A DNA stretch of 38,608 bases from a virus: the IMG/VR virus record IMGVR_UViG_3300047170_000031, positions 1-38,608 of that record; one strand, written 5' to 3'. Below, one piece after another: positions 16,321-26,254 of the stretch (position 1 is the first letter of the stretch; each line of letters opens with the position of its first letter). Position numbers and translations under genes: made by a program. Under the pieces are notes generated by a model, which was given only the letters and a program-made list of their open reading frames with translations, ran no database searches and was not told where the DNA came from.

Positions 16321-18573
16321 CTAAAGAGTGAAAAAATCTTCCGACAGCGCATCATCAGAACTGCCAAGCGCTGATTCTGAAAGTGCCTGCTGCGAGCCCG
16401 CGTCGAAAAAACTGTCATCGTTCAACGCATCGGTTGGCGATGTCGACTGCTGCACTGTTAAATCGTTGGGGCTGAAGTAATTGTTGTCATTCAGCGCACT
16501 TCCTGATCCCGTGCCGGCGCCGCCGCCAATGCCGTCCGAATTCCCGCCGCCCGAATTGCTGGCGTTGTTTCCGGCGACGAGTTTCGCGGCAGAACTGGCC
16601 GCGCCACTCGCCGCGCCGTTGGCGGCGCTCGAGCCCACGCCGCTGCTCGACGTGCCGGCTTTCTGCCCGGCCACCTGTTTCGCGTAGGCGGTCGCAAGCG
16701 TGCCCAGCAGCGTCGAAACCTGGTTCGCGTAGTTGGCATCCGTCGTCATCTGCGTCTGGATCGCGGTGTTCACCTCGCCGATCCCGATGTTCGCCTCGGC
16801 CATCGAGTTCGTGAGTTCGGTCTGCAGCGAGGTAGAGGCGTATTCCATGCCCTGCTGGATCGTCTGCTGACCCTGGGTCGTCGCCGTGAGCCACTCGTTA
16901 TACGCCGTGTTCCCGGTGTTGAAATACGAGTTCAAGGTGTTCTGTTTCGAGATCAGCGCGTTGTTGTCGATCTGCTGGTACTGCGCCGCCAGGATCGTCG
17001 AATCGGTGATGCCGGCGCTCGCCAACTGCTGCGCCACCTGCTGCTTCTGAGCCGCCACGGTCTGATCGAGCGCAGTCTGATCCGCCGCGTTCAACGTTCC
17101 CGAATTGTAGTTCGCGAACGCGGTCTGCGCGATCTGGGAGAGCCCCTGCGCCGACTGAATCGTCGACGCGCCCTGGGCCTGCATGGTGTTCGACACCGCT
17201 TGGTCGGTCGGGCTGATGATTCCCGCGTTGTAATTCGACAGGAGCGTGTTCGACTGGGTGAGCGCCGGCTGCGCGAGCGCCTGCTGCTGTGCGGAATACT
17301 GCGCGTCTTTAGCCTCGCCGGCCTGCGCCTGCTCGATCCCGATCCCGGCGACCGCGGCGTACGGGATCGCGGTACCCACCGCGGTGCCCAGGGAATTCGC
17401 GAGACTGCCTCCAGAGCCGCCCAGCGTCGAACTTAATCCCGAGGTGAGCCCGCTCAAGAAGGTCGAATTGCTCGACGCGGGGGCCGTGGAGGTGGGTGTG
17501 TCGATGGTGCTGCCTAGACTGTCTGCCACTGTGGACCCCGATTTCGATGGTGAGGATGTTAGCGCGGAACCGGCCACGCCTGCGAGCGCGGAGCCCCCTA
17601 AGCCCACGGCCGCGCTGCCGATGGCCTGCGAACCCAAGGAACTGCCGAGTTTTGACGCGATGCCAGAGCCCTTGATGCCGCCCGTGATCGCACCCGTGAC
17701 CGCGCCCAGTTCCGCGCCCTGGGACACGCTGCCGCCCGTGATCTTGCTCGAAATCGCGCCCGTGGCGGCGTGCGTGGCGGCGCCTGCGAGCGCGCTGGAG
17801 GCCGTATTGCCGAGCCCGGTGGTCGATGAGATGTCATTGGTCAGCGGCTGTGTCGCGCCGCCTACGACGCCTCCCACGGCGCCGAGCAGGGCATCTTCGC
17901 CCAAGTTCCCGCCCGTGACCGCGCCGCCGGCCACCCCCGCGGCGGCACCCAGCGCAGCTTCGGCACCCAGCGCGCCCGCAGAGCCCGCAGCATCGGCGCC
18001 GGCCGCGACCACGCCCAGTTCCGCCCCTGCGCCCAGGGTGGCGGCCGTGACCGCCAGGGCGGCGATATCGCTGCCGTACTTGTCGAGGAAGGTTTCCCTG
18101 GGGCGGGCGCCCGCGTACTGCACCACGTTCGGGTCCGCGCCGGGGGCGGCCGCGTAGTTGGTCGCGGCATCGGATGCGGCCTTCGTGGGATCGCCCCAGT
18201 CGCCGTAGGGGTTTTGTCCCAGGAGGTTTGCGTTGTAGATGCCGCTTGAGGTGAGCGCCTCGTAATAGTTCGTGTCCTCGGCTTCGGTGAATTTTTTGGT
18301 GGGGTCGAGTTCCTGCAGCCCGGTCGAGGTTTCGAGCGCCTGCAGGAGCGGATTCGTCGTCACCGCGCTGTCAGTGGTGCCGTAATTCCCCGTGCTTTCG
18401 GCGAGCTTGAACGCCGCGGTGAAATTGTCGGAATTAAGGTCCGCCTGAAGCTGCGGAATCGCCTTCTCGGCGGCGAGATTGTTCGCGGCTGCCGTTTGCG
18501 CGGCCTGCGCCTGCGCGGCCTGCGCGGCCTTCTGCTGCGCGACTTCGGTGACCGGATTGATGGTCGAAATCAC
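16321..18573 (-). CDS. Internal virion / ejection protein candidate, 750 aa, with ~300 aa of Gly/Ala/Ser glycine-zipper repeats
   Basis: GTG start in a GTGA overlap. Repeated GxxxG/AxxxG runs (GAGAELGVVAAGADAAGSAGALGAEAALGAAAGVAGGAVTGG...). Confidence 0.6.
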   Translation of the reverse strand: MISTINPVTEVAQQKAAQAAQAQAAQTAAANNLAAEKAIPQLQADLNSDNFTAAFKLAESTGNYGTTDSAVTTNPLLQALETSTGLQELDPTKKFTEAEDTNYYEALTSSGIYNANLLGQNPYGDWGDPTKAASDAATNYAAAPGADPNVVQYAGARPRETFLDKYGSDIAALAVTAATLGAGAELGVVAAGADAAGSAGALGAEAALGAAAGVAGGAVTGGNLGEDALLGAVGGVVGGATQPLTNDISSTTGLGNTASSALAGAATHAATGAISSKITGGSVSQGAELGAVTGAITGGIKGSGIASKLGSSLGSQAIGSAAVGLGGSALAGVAGSALTSSPSKSGSTVADSLGSTIDTPTSTAPASSNSTFLSGLTSGLSSTLGGSGGSLANSLGTAVGTAIPYAAVAGIGIEQAQAGEAKDAQYSAQQQALAQPALTQSNTLLSNYNAGIISPTDQAVSNTMQAQGASTIQSAQGLSQIAQTAFANYNSGTLNAADQTALDQTVAAQKQQVAQQLASAGITDSTILAAQYQQIDNNALISKQNTLNSYFNTGNTAYNEWLTATTQGQQTIQQGMEYASTSLQTELTNSMAEANIGIGEVNTAIQTQMTTDANYANQVSTLLGTLATAYAKQVAGQKAGTSSSGVGSSAANGAASGAASSAAKLVAGNNASNSGGGNSDGIGGGAGTGSGSALNDNNYFSPNDLTVQQSTSPTDALNDDSFFDAGSQQALSESALGSSDDALSEDFFTL

Positions 18574-18917
18574 GACAGGTTCCCGAAATACTGATCGAGC
18601 TGCTGATGCACCAGCGTGTGGGTCTGCATCCAGGTGAAGAAGTCATCCGAATTGTCCCACGAATATTCGGAGAGGTTCTGAATGCTGATGTTGGGCGTCG
18701 GGACCACCAGAGAGGCGAGCGCGATGTGGATGTTGTAGTGTCGATTGAACCAGTCGTCGTCCGGGTACGTGGAAAAATCGCTGGCCGGAAGATTTAAGTT
18801 TTGCAGTGCAGCAGCTTGCACGTAGGAATCATGGCGCGACTGATGCGCCTGCAGGAACATCTCGATGCCGATCCGGTCCTTGAAGGAGGTCTGCGCGTAG
18901 ATGTCGAGAGTCGGCAA
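18570..18917 (-). CDS. Hypothetical protein, 115 aa
   Basis: TTG start 3 nt after the upstream stop. Aromatic-rich globular composition. Confidence 0.5.
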   Translation of the reverse strand: MPTLDIYAQTSFKDRIGIEMFLQAHQSRHDSYVQAAALQNLNLPASDFSTYPDDDWFNRHYNIHIALASLVVPTPNISIQNLSEYSWDNSDDFFTWMQTHTLVHQQLDQYFGNLS

Positions 18918-18920
18918 GTG

Positions 18921-19211
18921 CTACTGCCGTGACACCAGCTCGCGGAAGATATTATCCAGGCGAACGTTGGTCTGGTTGTTGTGGGTGTCCATGCGCTCGC
19001 GGATCTCGCGGATCGAGCCCTCGATTTTCGAGACCTCGACCGACACGACCGCGCCGGAAGCCTTGTCTCTTTCGAGCGCTTCGATTCGAGAAATCTGCTT
19101 CAATCCAAGCCATGTGAGCAAACCAGTGAACCCGGTCATAACGATGCTCAGTATGTGCCAGGGATTCAGGTCGCCCATGCTGCTGCCGTCCTTTCCCACC
19201 GTAGGCTCCAT
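18921..19211 (-). CDS. Hypothetical TMD + coiled-coil protein, 96 aa
   Basis: Start MEPTVGKDG chosen downstream of the fibre stop at 19256. TMD WHILSIVMTGFTGLLTWLGL. Confidence 0.5.
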   Translation of the reverse strand: MEPTVGKDGSSMGDLNPWHILSIVMTGFTGLLTWLGLKQISRIEALERDKASGAVVSVEVSKIEGSIREIRERMDTHNNQTNVRLDNIFRELVSRQ

Positions 19212-19255
19212 CCTACCGTCTACATAAGCGACAAAAAACGGTAAATCTTTGCAAC

Positions 19256-20173
19256 TCAATTGTTGTAAAGCGGTATTTTGTAGTTCGTCCCGTTTACTTG
19301 CATAGCCCAATACGCTGATGGCGCCGCAGGGAGTGCCGATGCGCTGCCAGCAGTCGCTGAAGATGACCCCTGTGCTCCCGAAAAATTGTAGCTTGATTGC
19401 AAGGAAGCGCCGGTAAATGTGATCGCTCCCGCTGGGCTGATCGAAAATTTAGTCGCACCGTTGATCCCCACCGCAAATCCGATGTTTGCAGCCGTACCTA
19501 TTCCGAAATAGAAAGGGGGAATTCCGTTGACATCGGTGCTAGCAGTTCCATTGATGGTCGTGTTCACGGATGCAAAAGCATTGATTAAAAGATTATAAGA
19601 CGGCGCGTACCCGTTTCCGGCTGAATTCTCAACAACACAGTTTTGCAAATTGGCAAATGTAGCCGTGTAAAACGCTCCAGTCGCACCGACAACCGCAAGA
19701 GCGGTTCCAGAAGTCGGCGCTGGCAATGTGACGTTTCCAGCCGCCGTCGACGTGAACGGCGCAATCGACGCAGGCTTTGACGCCGCGCCGATCAGCAGGA
19801 AATTCGTTCCGTTGTACATCAGAGACAGGATCATGCCGGCGACCAACTGCCCGACCGCGACCGACGTGCCGTCGCCGTTGACGATCGCCTGATTGCCCAA
19901 GCTGTTGACGTTGATGTTGACCGTCGATGAAGTGTTCGTGTTCGACAGCTTCACATCCAAGCGCACGCCGGCGGTATACGAAAACGTCTGCGGCGATGAG
20001 ATCGTCACCGTCAGTGTGTTCGCCGCACCCGATGAATCCACGTAGTAATTGCTGAAGGTCGCCGCGGCGTTCAACGGCCCAGACAGCGCCGTAAAATTGT
20101 TGTCGAGCTGAGAGAGCGGGATGGGACCGTTCTGCGCCTGGAATTGATTCGGAACCGTGACTGAGCCTGCCAT
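19256..20173 (-). CDS. Tail fibre protein, 305 aa
   Basis: N-terminus ...IPLSQLDNNFTAL... and C-terminus ...VNGTNYKIPLYNN are phage tail-fibre-like patterns. ATG in a TAATG overlap with a GAGG SD. Confidence 0.7.
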   Translation of the reverse strand: MAGSVTVPNQFQAQNGPIPLSQLDNNFTALSGPLNAAATFSNYYVDSSGAANTLTVTISSPQTFSYTAGVRLDVKLSNTNTSSTVNINVNSLGNQAIVNGDGTSVAVGQLVAGMILSLMYNGTNFLLIGAASKPASIAPFTSTAAGNVTLPAPTSGTALAVVGATGAFYTATFANLQNCVVENSAGNGYAPSYNLLINAFASVNTTINGTASTDVNGIPPFYFGIGTAANIGFAVGINGATKFSISPAGAITFTGASLQSSYNFSGAQGSSSATAGSASALPAAPSAYWAMQVNGTNYKIPLYNN

Positions 20174-21702
20174 TACTGCCACCTCGCCCTTAATTTGTAG
20201 TCCATGTCGGTCGCGCTGAACTGATAGATCGACGCGGCGGCCTTGATCGTGAGCCCGACGTATTTCCCGTAGACGCCAGGCGCGACGGAGTTATATAGCA
20301 GGTACGCGAAAGAGTTCCAAAGGACGACCACGTTGGAATTATTCTTCCAACTGACGACGTTCCCCGCATTGTTCTGCCACGCGACCCCGCCGCTCGCCGT
20401 AAGCGACACCGCCGCCGTTGCGTTGTTGACGGTATCGACCGTCATGGCAAACGACCCCGAGAACACCGATACCGTCACCTCGAATCCGGCGCGGATCACT
20501 TCCTTGTCGGCCAAGTTATCCTCCATCGGCCACAGCGGCGTCGACACCACGGTGGCCGGTCCCGTGGTCGGGTCCGCGAACAACTGATACAGCGCGTTGC
20601 CGATGAGCCCAAAGAGCGCCGGCTGATTGTTGACCAGCGCACCGCCGATGAAGGTGAGCGAGCCGTAGTTCGCAAACCACCATTTTTCGTCGAAGTACAT
20701 CGCGACGACCGTGTTCGAGCCGAACTGCGGGTCGTTCAACCGCTGCACCAGGAACCCGCCGCATATTTTGTTGTTCGACACCGCAGCGCCCGCGGAAATC
20801 TGCAGCGACGTGTTGATGTACTTCCACGTCCCGTCGATGTCCTTGCTGATCTGCTCCGCCTGCACGCCGTAGAGCGCCCACGCGCCATAACGGTTCGCGA
20901 AACAGAACCCGCGCCCCAGCGGGAAGAAGCTGCCCGGCTGATCCGAGCCGATGATGTTCTGGATTGTCGTGTTGGTGAACAGCGGGGTTGGCGGATTCGC
21001 GCCGGATGGCACATAGACATCCGAGATCGCTGCGATCGACGAGGGTCCGACGATGTACAGATAGCTGTTCTGGCTGTAGAGCCGGGTGACCGTGTTCCTG
21101 AGCGCAGGGTCCGTCAGGGCCAGCGATCCGGCTCCGTTTGCCACCGTGAACGAGGCGGCCGAGTAGTCGTCTGCCCCAGAGAACGTGATGAGCCGTCCCT
21201 GCACGATCCAGACGCGGTCGAACGCCACAGCGATGTCGGTGCCGGATGTCGGAACCCCGGTTCCAGAAATGAGGGTGACAGCACCCGATCCAGTCCAGTT
21301 GTAGTAGCCGGATGAATCGACAAAGAGGGCATTGGTGTTTTTCCACTGCACGACGCGCGATCCGGATCCAGAGAATCCGGTGGAGATCTGGGTGGAGGTC
21401 TGGGCGACGATGTTGTACGCATAGATTTTCCCCGACACCGAAAAGAGGATGATGTAGTCGACGCCCTGCAGGTTGATGTACTGAAACCAGTAGATCGTGT
21501 CCGTGCTGTAGCTGACGAGCGACGCCGAGATGTTGTTGCACGTTCGGACGTTCCCGGGTCCGATCGGCTGCATGTTCTCAAGATTCCAGAAGGTGTCTTC
21601 CGGCTGGGTGTTGCGGGACGACTGCGTATTGACGCCCTTCCACTGGTTGAAAACCTTCGTGCCTCGAGGTTCCTCACCCTTGGCGGGGATCTGGTTGGCC
21701 AC
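20173..21702 (-). CDS. Tail structural protein (tubular/nozzle candidate), 509 aa
   Basis: Position between the adaptor-like gene and the fibre. Beta-rich. GTG start. Function inferred from synteny only. Confidence 0.55.
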   Translation of the reverse strand: MANQIPAKGEEPRGTKVFNQWKGVNTQSSRNTQPEDTFWNLENMQPIGPGNVRTCNNISASLVSYSTDTIYWFQYINLQGVDYIILFSVSGKIYAYNIVAQTSTQISTGFSGSGSRVVQWKNTNALFVDSSGYYNWTGSGAVTLISGTGVPTSGTDIAVAFDRVWIVQGRLITFSGADDYSAASFTVANGAGSLALTDPALRNTVTRLYSQNSYLYIVGPSSIAAISDVYVPSGANPPTPLFTNTTIQNIIGSDQPGSFFPLGRGFCFANRYGAWALYGVQAEQISKDIDGTWKYINTSLQISAGAAVSNNKICGGFLVQRLNDPQFGSNTVVAMYFDEKWWFANYGSLTFIGGALVNNQPALFGLIGNALYQLFADPTTGPATVVSTPLWPMEDNLADKEVIRAGFEVTVSVFSGSFAMTVDTVNNATAAVSLTASGGVAWQNNAGNVVSWKNNSNVVVLWNSFAYLLYNSVAPGVYGKYVGLTIKAAASIYQFSATDMDYKLRARWQ

Positions 21703-21705
21703 GGC

Positions 21706-22359
21706 TCAAGTCTGGTAGGGATTCGGCAAGACGCGGGTCTGGAACACGCGCTGCGCGCGCAATCCCTCGCGCATGTATTTCTTCTCGAACATGTCCGCCT
21801 CGCCGTATGACTGCTCCTTGAACTTCGCGAGGTGCGATGCGTAGTATTTCACGGGCGCGTTGAACGGCGCGGGGATGGTGTCGACGTCGGTCGTGAGCGC
21901 GAGCGCCGCGGGTTCGATCGCACAATCCCAGTCGGTGATGTACGCCTGATCGGGCACCGGACCCACGTAGATGTTGAGCGCACCCATGCGCGTGAACACC
22001 ACGGGCCGGGTTTGGTAACTCTGATAGGCGCGCACGTAGGCATCGAACTGCGAGAACGACATGTACAGCATCTTGTAGCGCGCGTTCCCGTAGTAGAGGC
22101 TGATTCCCATCACGTCGATCACGTTGTTGAGCATGGGAGTGGGCGCGCTCGCGACGGTCGCGGCGATCGGATACAGTTCCTGCGCGGCCACCAGGGGGAT
22201 CGAGGTCACCAACTGCCGCAGACACTTCGTGTCGCTGGCGATGCGGTTTCGGGCGATGTTGATGTAGCCGGTCAGTTCCGTGACCGGCCAGAAATTCCCG
22301 TTCGGGTCATGGAGCAACTGCTGCACTTCGGTGAGGTACGTCTGCAGTGTGTAGCTCAT
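21706..22359 (-). CDS. Head-tail adaptor / tail structural protein candidate, 217 aa
   Basis: Synteny downstream of the capsid genes. AAGGGG SD. Confidence 0.5.
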   Translation of the reverse strand: MSYTLQTYLTEVQQLLHDPNGNFWPVTELTGYINIARNRIASDTKCLRQLVTSIPLVAAQELYPIAATVASAPTPMLNNVIDVMGISLYYGNARYKMLYMSFSQFDAYVRAYQSYQTRPVVFTRMGALNIYVGPVPDQAYITDWDCAIEPAALALTTDVDTIPAPFNAPVKYYASHLAKFKEQSYGEADMFEKKYMREGLRAQRVFQTRVLPNPYQT

Positions 22360-22369
22360 GACCCCTTAC

Positions 22370-22828
22370 TCAAAAATTATCTTCGTCGGCGCCCTCCGCT
22401 GATTCGGCTTCACCGATCTTCGGGCCATCGGGGGGAGAGTTGAACCCTCCCCCCTCAGTTCCACCAGCGTTCACGGGGGGGCCAGCGGCGCCGGTACTGT
22501 GGGGCAGGGCCTTGCGGCCCCTCTTGCCCTCAACTTGAGCCTTCGGCGCCTCGATGAGTTCGGGAGGATCGTCGAAGGAAATTTTTGCGAGCATTGCCAT
22601 GCCGGCGTCGAGATCGTCACTCGATTTCGCCCAGCCCAAGCGGTTGAGCGCCTGCGCCTTGTCGTCTTTCCCGAAGTCGAACACGTGCCGCGCGACGGCT
22701 TCGGGGACGTCGAGCGGGACGCCGGGCTTGAACACGTAGTCGCGGCCGGCGTACCGGCCATGAACGGGCTTCGAATTCCCGTTCGTCACCCGGATGTAAT
22801 TCGTCCGATCTTCCATCATGGCACTCAT
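22370..22828 (-). CDS. Hypothetical structural-module protein, 152 aa, acidic ...GADEDNF C-terminus
   Basis: Long ORF in the operon strand with a GGGGGG SD-like run upstream. Confidence 0.55.
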   Translation of the reverse strand: MSAMMEDRTNYIRVTNGNSKPVHGRYAGRDYVFKPGVPLDVPEAVARHVFDFGKDDKAQALNRLGWAKSSDDLDAGMAMLAKISFDDPPELIEAPKAQVEGKRGRKALPHSTGAAGPPVNAGGTEGGGFNSPPDGPKIGEAESAEGADEDNF

Positions 22829-22846
22829 CAGCCCCCCGAATCGTCG

Positions 22847-23503
22847 TTACAGAATGATCGATGCGCGCGTGGTTCCGGCGGAACCCGATGCGAAAATCGC
22901 GGTCCCGCCGACACCGTCCATCCAGACCTGGGCGCTTGAGGATGCCGCCGTCAGCGTGCGGAACACGGGCGCGACGGCCGGCGTGCTGCCGGTGGTCGAG
23001 TCGTAGATCAGCGACGTGTTGTCCGGGTTGTACTGCACGACACAGTTCGCGCCCAGCACCATGTTCACGTTGTTGGTCTGCAGCGGCGTGCCCTGCGTGG
23101 TCGCGCCCAGGTACGAAGGTCCGCCCGCGTACACCGACTGCACGTTCACGTTGAAGTTCGGGATGAACACCGGGATCAGGGACGCGCCCGTAACCGTGGC
23201 CGCCGTGACCGTGGTGTAGAACGTGAGGGTCGTCGTCGACGGAATCGACAGGATGCGGAAGATCGGGCCGTTCAGCGTGCCGGTTCCGCTCTGGCCGGTC
23301 ACGCCGGTCAACTGGAAGAAGAAATTCGGCATGGTGCCGGCCGCCGGCTGCATGGTGAGGCCGTGCGCCGCCGTGAAGGTCAACGTCGCGATGTTGTTCG
23401 CAACCGCGAACGTGCCCGATGCGCCCAACGCGACCGGCACCTGGGTGGTGGTTTCCTCGAGGCCGAAGACGAACCCCGGAACTGCAATCTTGAGGTCTGA
23501 CAT
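22847..23503 (-). CDS. Hypothetical capsid-associated (decoration/cement candidate) protein, 218 aa
   Basis: Lies immediately downstream of the major capsid gene. GGGAG SD. Beta-rich Thr/Gly/Ala composition. Confidence 0.5.
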   Translation of the reverse strand: MSDLKIAVPGFVFGLEETTTQVPVALGASGTFAVANNIATLTFTAAHGLTMQPAAGTMPNFFFQLTGVTGQSGTGTLNGPIFRILSIPSTTTLTFYTTVTAATVTGASLIPVFIPNFNVNVQSVYAGGPSYLGATTQGTPLQTNNVNMVLGANCVVQYNPDNTSLIYDSTTGSTPAVAPVFRTLTAASSSAQVWMDGVGGTAIFASGSAGTTRASIIL

Positions 23504-23515
23504 GGCGCCGCTCCC

Positions 23516-24523
23516 TTAAATCGTCAGGTACGTGAAGTTCGACACCACCCCGCACGCCCGGGGCTTCGTCAGCACCAGCTCGGCCAGAGTCAGCACGATC
23601 CCGATGTACCCCAGTTGGTAGTTCGACAGCAGCGACTCGAACCCGGAAAAAGCGAAGCTCGCCTGATCGTGAACGTACAGGTTCATGTAGTTCGTGTTGA
23701 TGAGGTAGAGGATTCCTTCGGGACAGTAGGGGTCGGCGTAGATCGGAACTCCCGCCACGTCAAGAGCGCGGAAAGCGGCACGCGGCCGATCGGCGTCTGA
23801 ATCGAATCCGTTGCCGGGCTGGATCTGATACGACTCCAGAGACACGAAATTCTGCGCGAGCAGCGTCCAGGTGCCGAAGCCCATGATGCCCATCGTCGGC
23901 ATTTCGGCGCCATTCTTGTTCACCCCGCTGATGTACTGCAGGACGTTCAACCGCGTGGGCGCCACGGCGCCCGCGTTGTAGCGCTTGCTCTGCCACCAGG
24001 TGTTGGCCGTCCGGTTGATGTTCCCGTACGTCACCAGATTCGTGCCGTCGTCGACCGCGCCCGGCAGACCGATGAACTGGTTGGCGACCGTGTAGTTGTT
24101 GTAGAGCGCCTGGCTCGCAGCGTCCGCCATGTTGTTCGTCGAGTCGTTCATGCGTGCCTCGATCAGCGGGATGACCGCGTGGTCGAGTTGAACCGCGCCT
24201 TCCATCCCGAGGAACGGAATCGGCGTGATGAGAGACTTCAGGTTGAACTCGCCGACGAACGCGCCCTGCTGGGCAAGCGGCTGAGCGAAAGCACCCGAGT
24301 AGTCCGACCACTGCGTGTTGACGAACGACTGACCCTGCACCGGGACGGTCACGCTTGAGACACCGCCGGAAGCGGTCTGCGCGTTGGCCAACAGCGCCGC
24401 GAACAAGGGCGACGTGTTGTAAATCTGGACGACCATCTTCGGGATGAACGCACGGCGGGTGACGTACGTGAGTTCTGTTCCGATGTTGCCTGAGGGAATT
24501 ATGCCCTGTCCAAAAACTGGCAT
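23516..24523 (-). CDS. Major capsid protein candidate, 335 aa
   Basis: GGAG-N8-ATG. Size and position directly after a scaffold-like gene. No motif-level proof. Confidence 0.7.
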   Translation of the reverse strand: MPVFGQGIIPSGNIGTELTYVTRRAFIPKMVVQIYNTSPLFAALLANAQTASGGVSSVTVPVQGQSFVNTQWSDYSGAFAQPLAQQGAFVGEFNLKSLITPIPFLGMEGAVQLDHAVIPLIEARMNDSTNNMADAASQALYNNYTVANQFIGLPGAVDDGTNLVTYGNINRTANTWWQSKRYNAGAVAPTRLNVLQYISGVNKNGAEMPTMGIMGFGTWTLLAQNFVSLESYQIQPGNGFDSDADRPRAAFRALDVAGVPIYADPYCPEGILYLINTNYMNLYVHDQASFAFSGFESLLSNYQLGYIGIVLTLAELVLTKPRACGVVSNFTYLTI

Positions 24524-24588
24524 GCTATTGGCTCCGAGTTAACTGCTGTTACGTGTCATTGTGTGGAGCCCCCGCTTCCAAATTCTTC

Positions 24589-25083
24589 CTATCGCTTCGC
24601 CCTCAACTCATTAATTGCCTTGAACGCCTCTCCTCGAGCCCACGCGGACGGATTTTTCTGAATCTCTGCCATGTTGTCGGGCATGCGAATCGGCGTGACG
24701 TTCTGCGGCGTGGGCGGCGCCAGTGCGCTCTGCCCTTTGAGATAGTTGATCGCGGTTTCGTACTTGAGGATCTTTTCCTCGGTCATGACCTTCTCGACCG
24801 CCTCGACGGACAAACCCGCTTCCTCGATCATGCGATGATTCGCCGCGCGCCGATCGCGCACGTCGCGCTCCATCATCTGCTGCTCGAGGGATTCGATCTT
24901 TTCCTGCTGCTTCTTCGCTTCGGCCGCAATCTTGTCCTCGAGTTCGATCTCGTCGAACTTCGCCGTGGGTTCAACCTTCTTGTAGAGGCGCTTCGCCTCC
25001 CGGCCGAATTCAGGGTGATTGAACAGCTTGCGGAGCGCCGCCGACTCGCGCTGCTCCTGGGTCTGATTTTCGAGTGATGACAT
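24589..25083 (-). CDS. Scaffolding protein candidate, 164 aa
   Basis: Highly charged Glu/Lys/Gln coiled-coil sequence located upstream of the capsid gene. Confidence 0.6.
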   Translation of the reverse strand: MSSLENQTQEQRESAALRKLFNHPEFGREAKRLYKKVEPTAKFDEIELEDKIAAEAKKQQEKIESLEQQMMERDVRDRRAANHRMIEEAGLSVEAVEKVMTEEKILKYETAINYLKGQSALAPPTPQNVTPIRMPDNMAEIQKNPSAWARGEAFKAINELRAKR

Positions 25084-25104
25084 GGCGGCGTCCCTGCGGT
25101 GCGC

Positions 25105-25311
25105 TTACGAGACCGGGACTTTGCGGATCGTGCCCGCGGGTTTCCTGATCGTCATCTTGTTCTTGAACGTCTTGCTTGCGCTCTCGAGGCCGCCCAGCTC
25201 AGCGTACCGCGGCGGGTTCACGATCATGCCATCGTCGATCACGTTCGACAGCGGATCGCGGCCGGAAAGAGAGTCAGACGGATTGAACAGGCGGGTTCCA
25301 GACATGGTCAT
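25105..25311 (-). CDS. Hypothetical protein, 68 aa
   Basis: ATGA overlap with the upstream gene. Confidence 0.45.
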   Translation of the reverse strand: MTMSGTRLFNPSDSLSGRDPLSNVIDDGMIVNPPRYAELGGLESASKTFKNKMTIRKPAGTIRKVPVS

Positions 25312-25721
25312 GCTCCTGGCGGTGGTTGCGGCAGCGCAGCACCCTGCGGCGGCGCCTGTTTCGGTTGCGGCGGTGCGCCCGGGCCGGCGAGACCCTGCAG
25401 CATCTGCATCTTCTCGGCCGGCGTCAGTTCCTCGGTCGAGGATTCATCCTTGCCGAACGCTTTCGAGAGCGCGGTCAGAGCCTTTAGGATCGCCTGACCC
25501 TTGGAATCGGAAGTGCCGAACGCCGGCAGCGCGCGCTCAAGCAGCTTTTTCGCAAGGAGCGCGTTGACGGCGCCGTCCTCCTGCTGCCCCTCTTTCTTCT
25601 GCGGGCTCAGCATGGGAGCTGCGCCAGGCGGCGGGGTGTGACCGGGCTGCATGCCGGGTGGCGGCTGACCCCCAGGGGGTTTGCCACCGTTGGCTTGCAT
25701 GACCTCGGGACTTGCGCTCAT
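25308..25721 (-). CDS. Hypothetical Pro/Gly/Gln-rich protein, 137 aa
   Basis: Disordered termini (GGKPPGGQPPPGMQPGHTPPPG and GPGAPPQPKQAPPQGAALPQPPPGA) flank a helical core. Confidence 0.5.
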   Translation of the reverse strand: MSASPEVMQANGGKPPGGQPPPGMQPGHTPPPGAAPMLSPQKKEGQQEDGAVNALLAKKLLERALPAFGTSDSKGQAILKALTALSKAFGKDESSTEELTPAEKMQMLQGLAGPGAPPQPKQAPPQGAALPQPPPGA

Positions 25722-25749
25722 GACCGTGGATCATCTGAGCGAAATGTAA

Positions 25750-26211
25750 TTATGTCAAATAAATTCGGGACTTTCGGGCGGCTTGCCTCATCTTCAGACA
25801 CGTTTTGCAGTAGCGCGTACCGTTTGGCGTTACGTACCACGCGTCCGAGTGCCCGCGAATGCACACACTCATGTCGGGTCGAGTATGCCGATTCGCCGCC
25901 CTGCCTTTTCTGGCTTTGTCGGCGTGATTGATGTCCTGATTGCCGAGAAAAAGATGATTAGGATTCACGCACAACGGCACGTCGCACCGATGGCACACAT
26001 GCATGCCTTCAGGGATTTCACCGACGAAAAGCTGAAAAGCAACGCGGTGCGCGCTTGCGGTTTTCCCGCCGGCTAATTTGAATTGGCCGTATGGAGTGCG
26101 GGTGAATTTTGGTCCTGTCCAAATCCAGCAGTCGTCAGGTCCGCGCTCGATGCGCTTGGCCTTGAATCGTTCTACGACGTCACTGATGCCGTGCTGGTTG
26201 CCGCGAAACAT
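25750..26211 (-). CDS. HNH_3-type homing endonuclease, 153 aa
   Basis: CWIWTG...YGQF...AHRVAFQLFVGEIPEGMHVCHRCDVPLCVNPNHLFLG..DIN is the HNH_3 signature. Visibly lower GC than its neighbours. Has its own terminator upstream. Confidence 0.85.
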   Translation of the reverse strand: MFRGNQHGISDVVERFKAKRIERGPDDCWIWTGPKFTRTPYGQFKLAGGKTASAHRVAFQLFVGEIPEGMHVCHRCDVPLCVNPNHLFLGNQDINHADKARKGRAANRHTRPDMSVCIRGHSDAWYVTPNGTRYCKTCLKMRQAARKSRIYLT

Positions 26212-26223
26212 CCATCAATCTTA

Positions 26224-26254
26224 GACAAAGAAAAGCCGGGTTTGACCCCGGCTT
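26224..26254 (-). terminator. Rho-independent terminator (minus strand)
   Basis: Perfect 8-bp stem AAGCCGGG / CCCGGCTT (26233-26240 and 26247-26254), 6-nt loop, followed on the minus strand by TTCTTTG. Confidence 0.7.

Noticed and set aside
19256-20173. Diversity-generating retroelement acting on the fibre genes
   Set aside because: No reverse-transcriptase-like ORF (no YxDD motif protein) is present. No template/variable repeat pair was found. The repeats in the glycine-rich fibre gene are in-frame tandem protein repeats.
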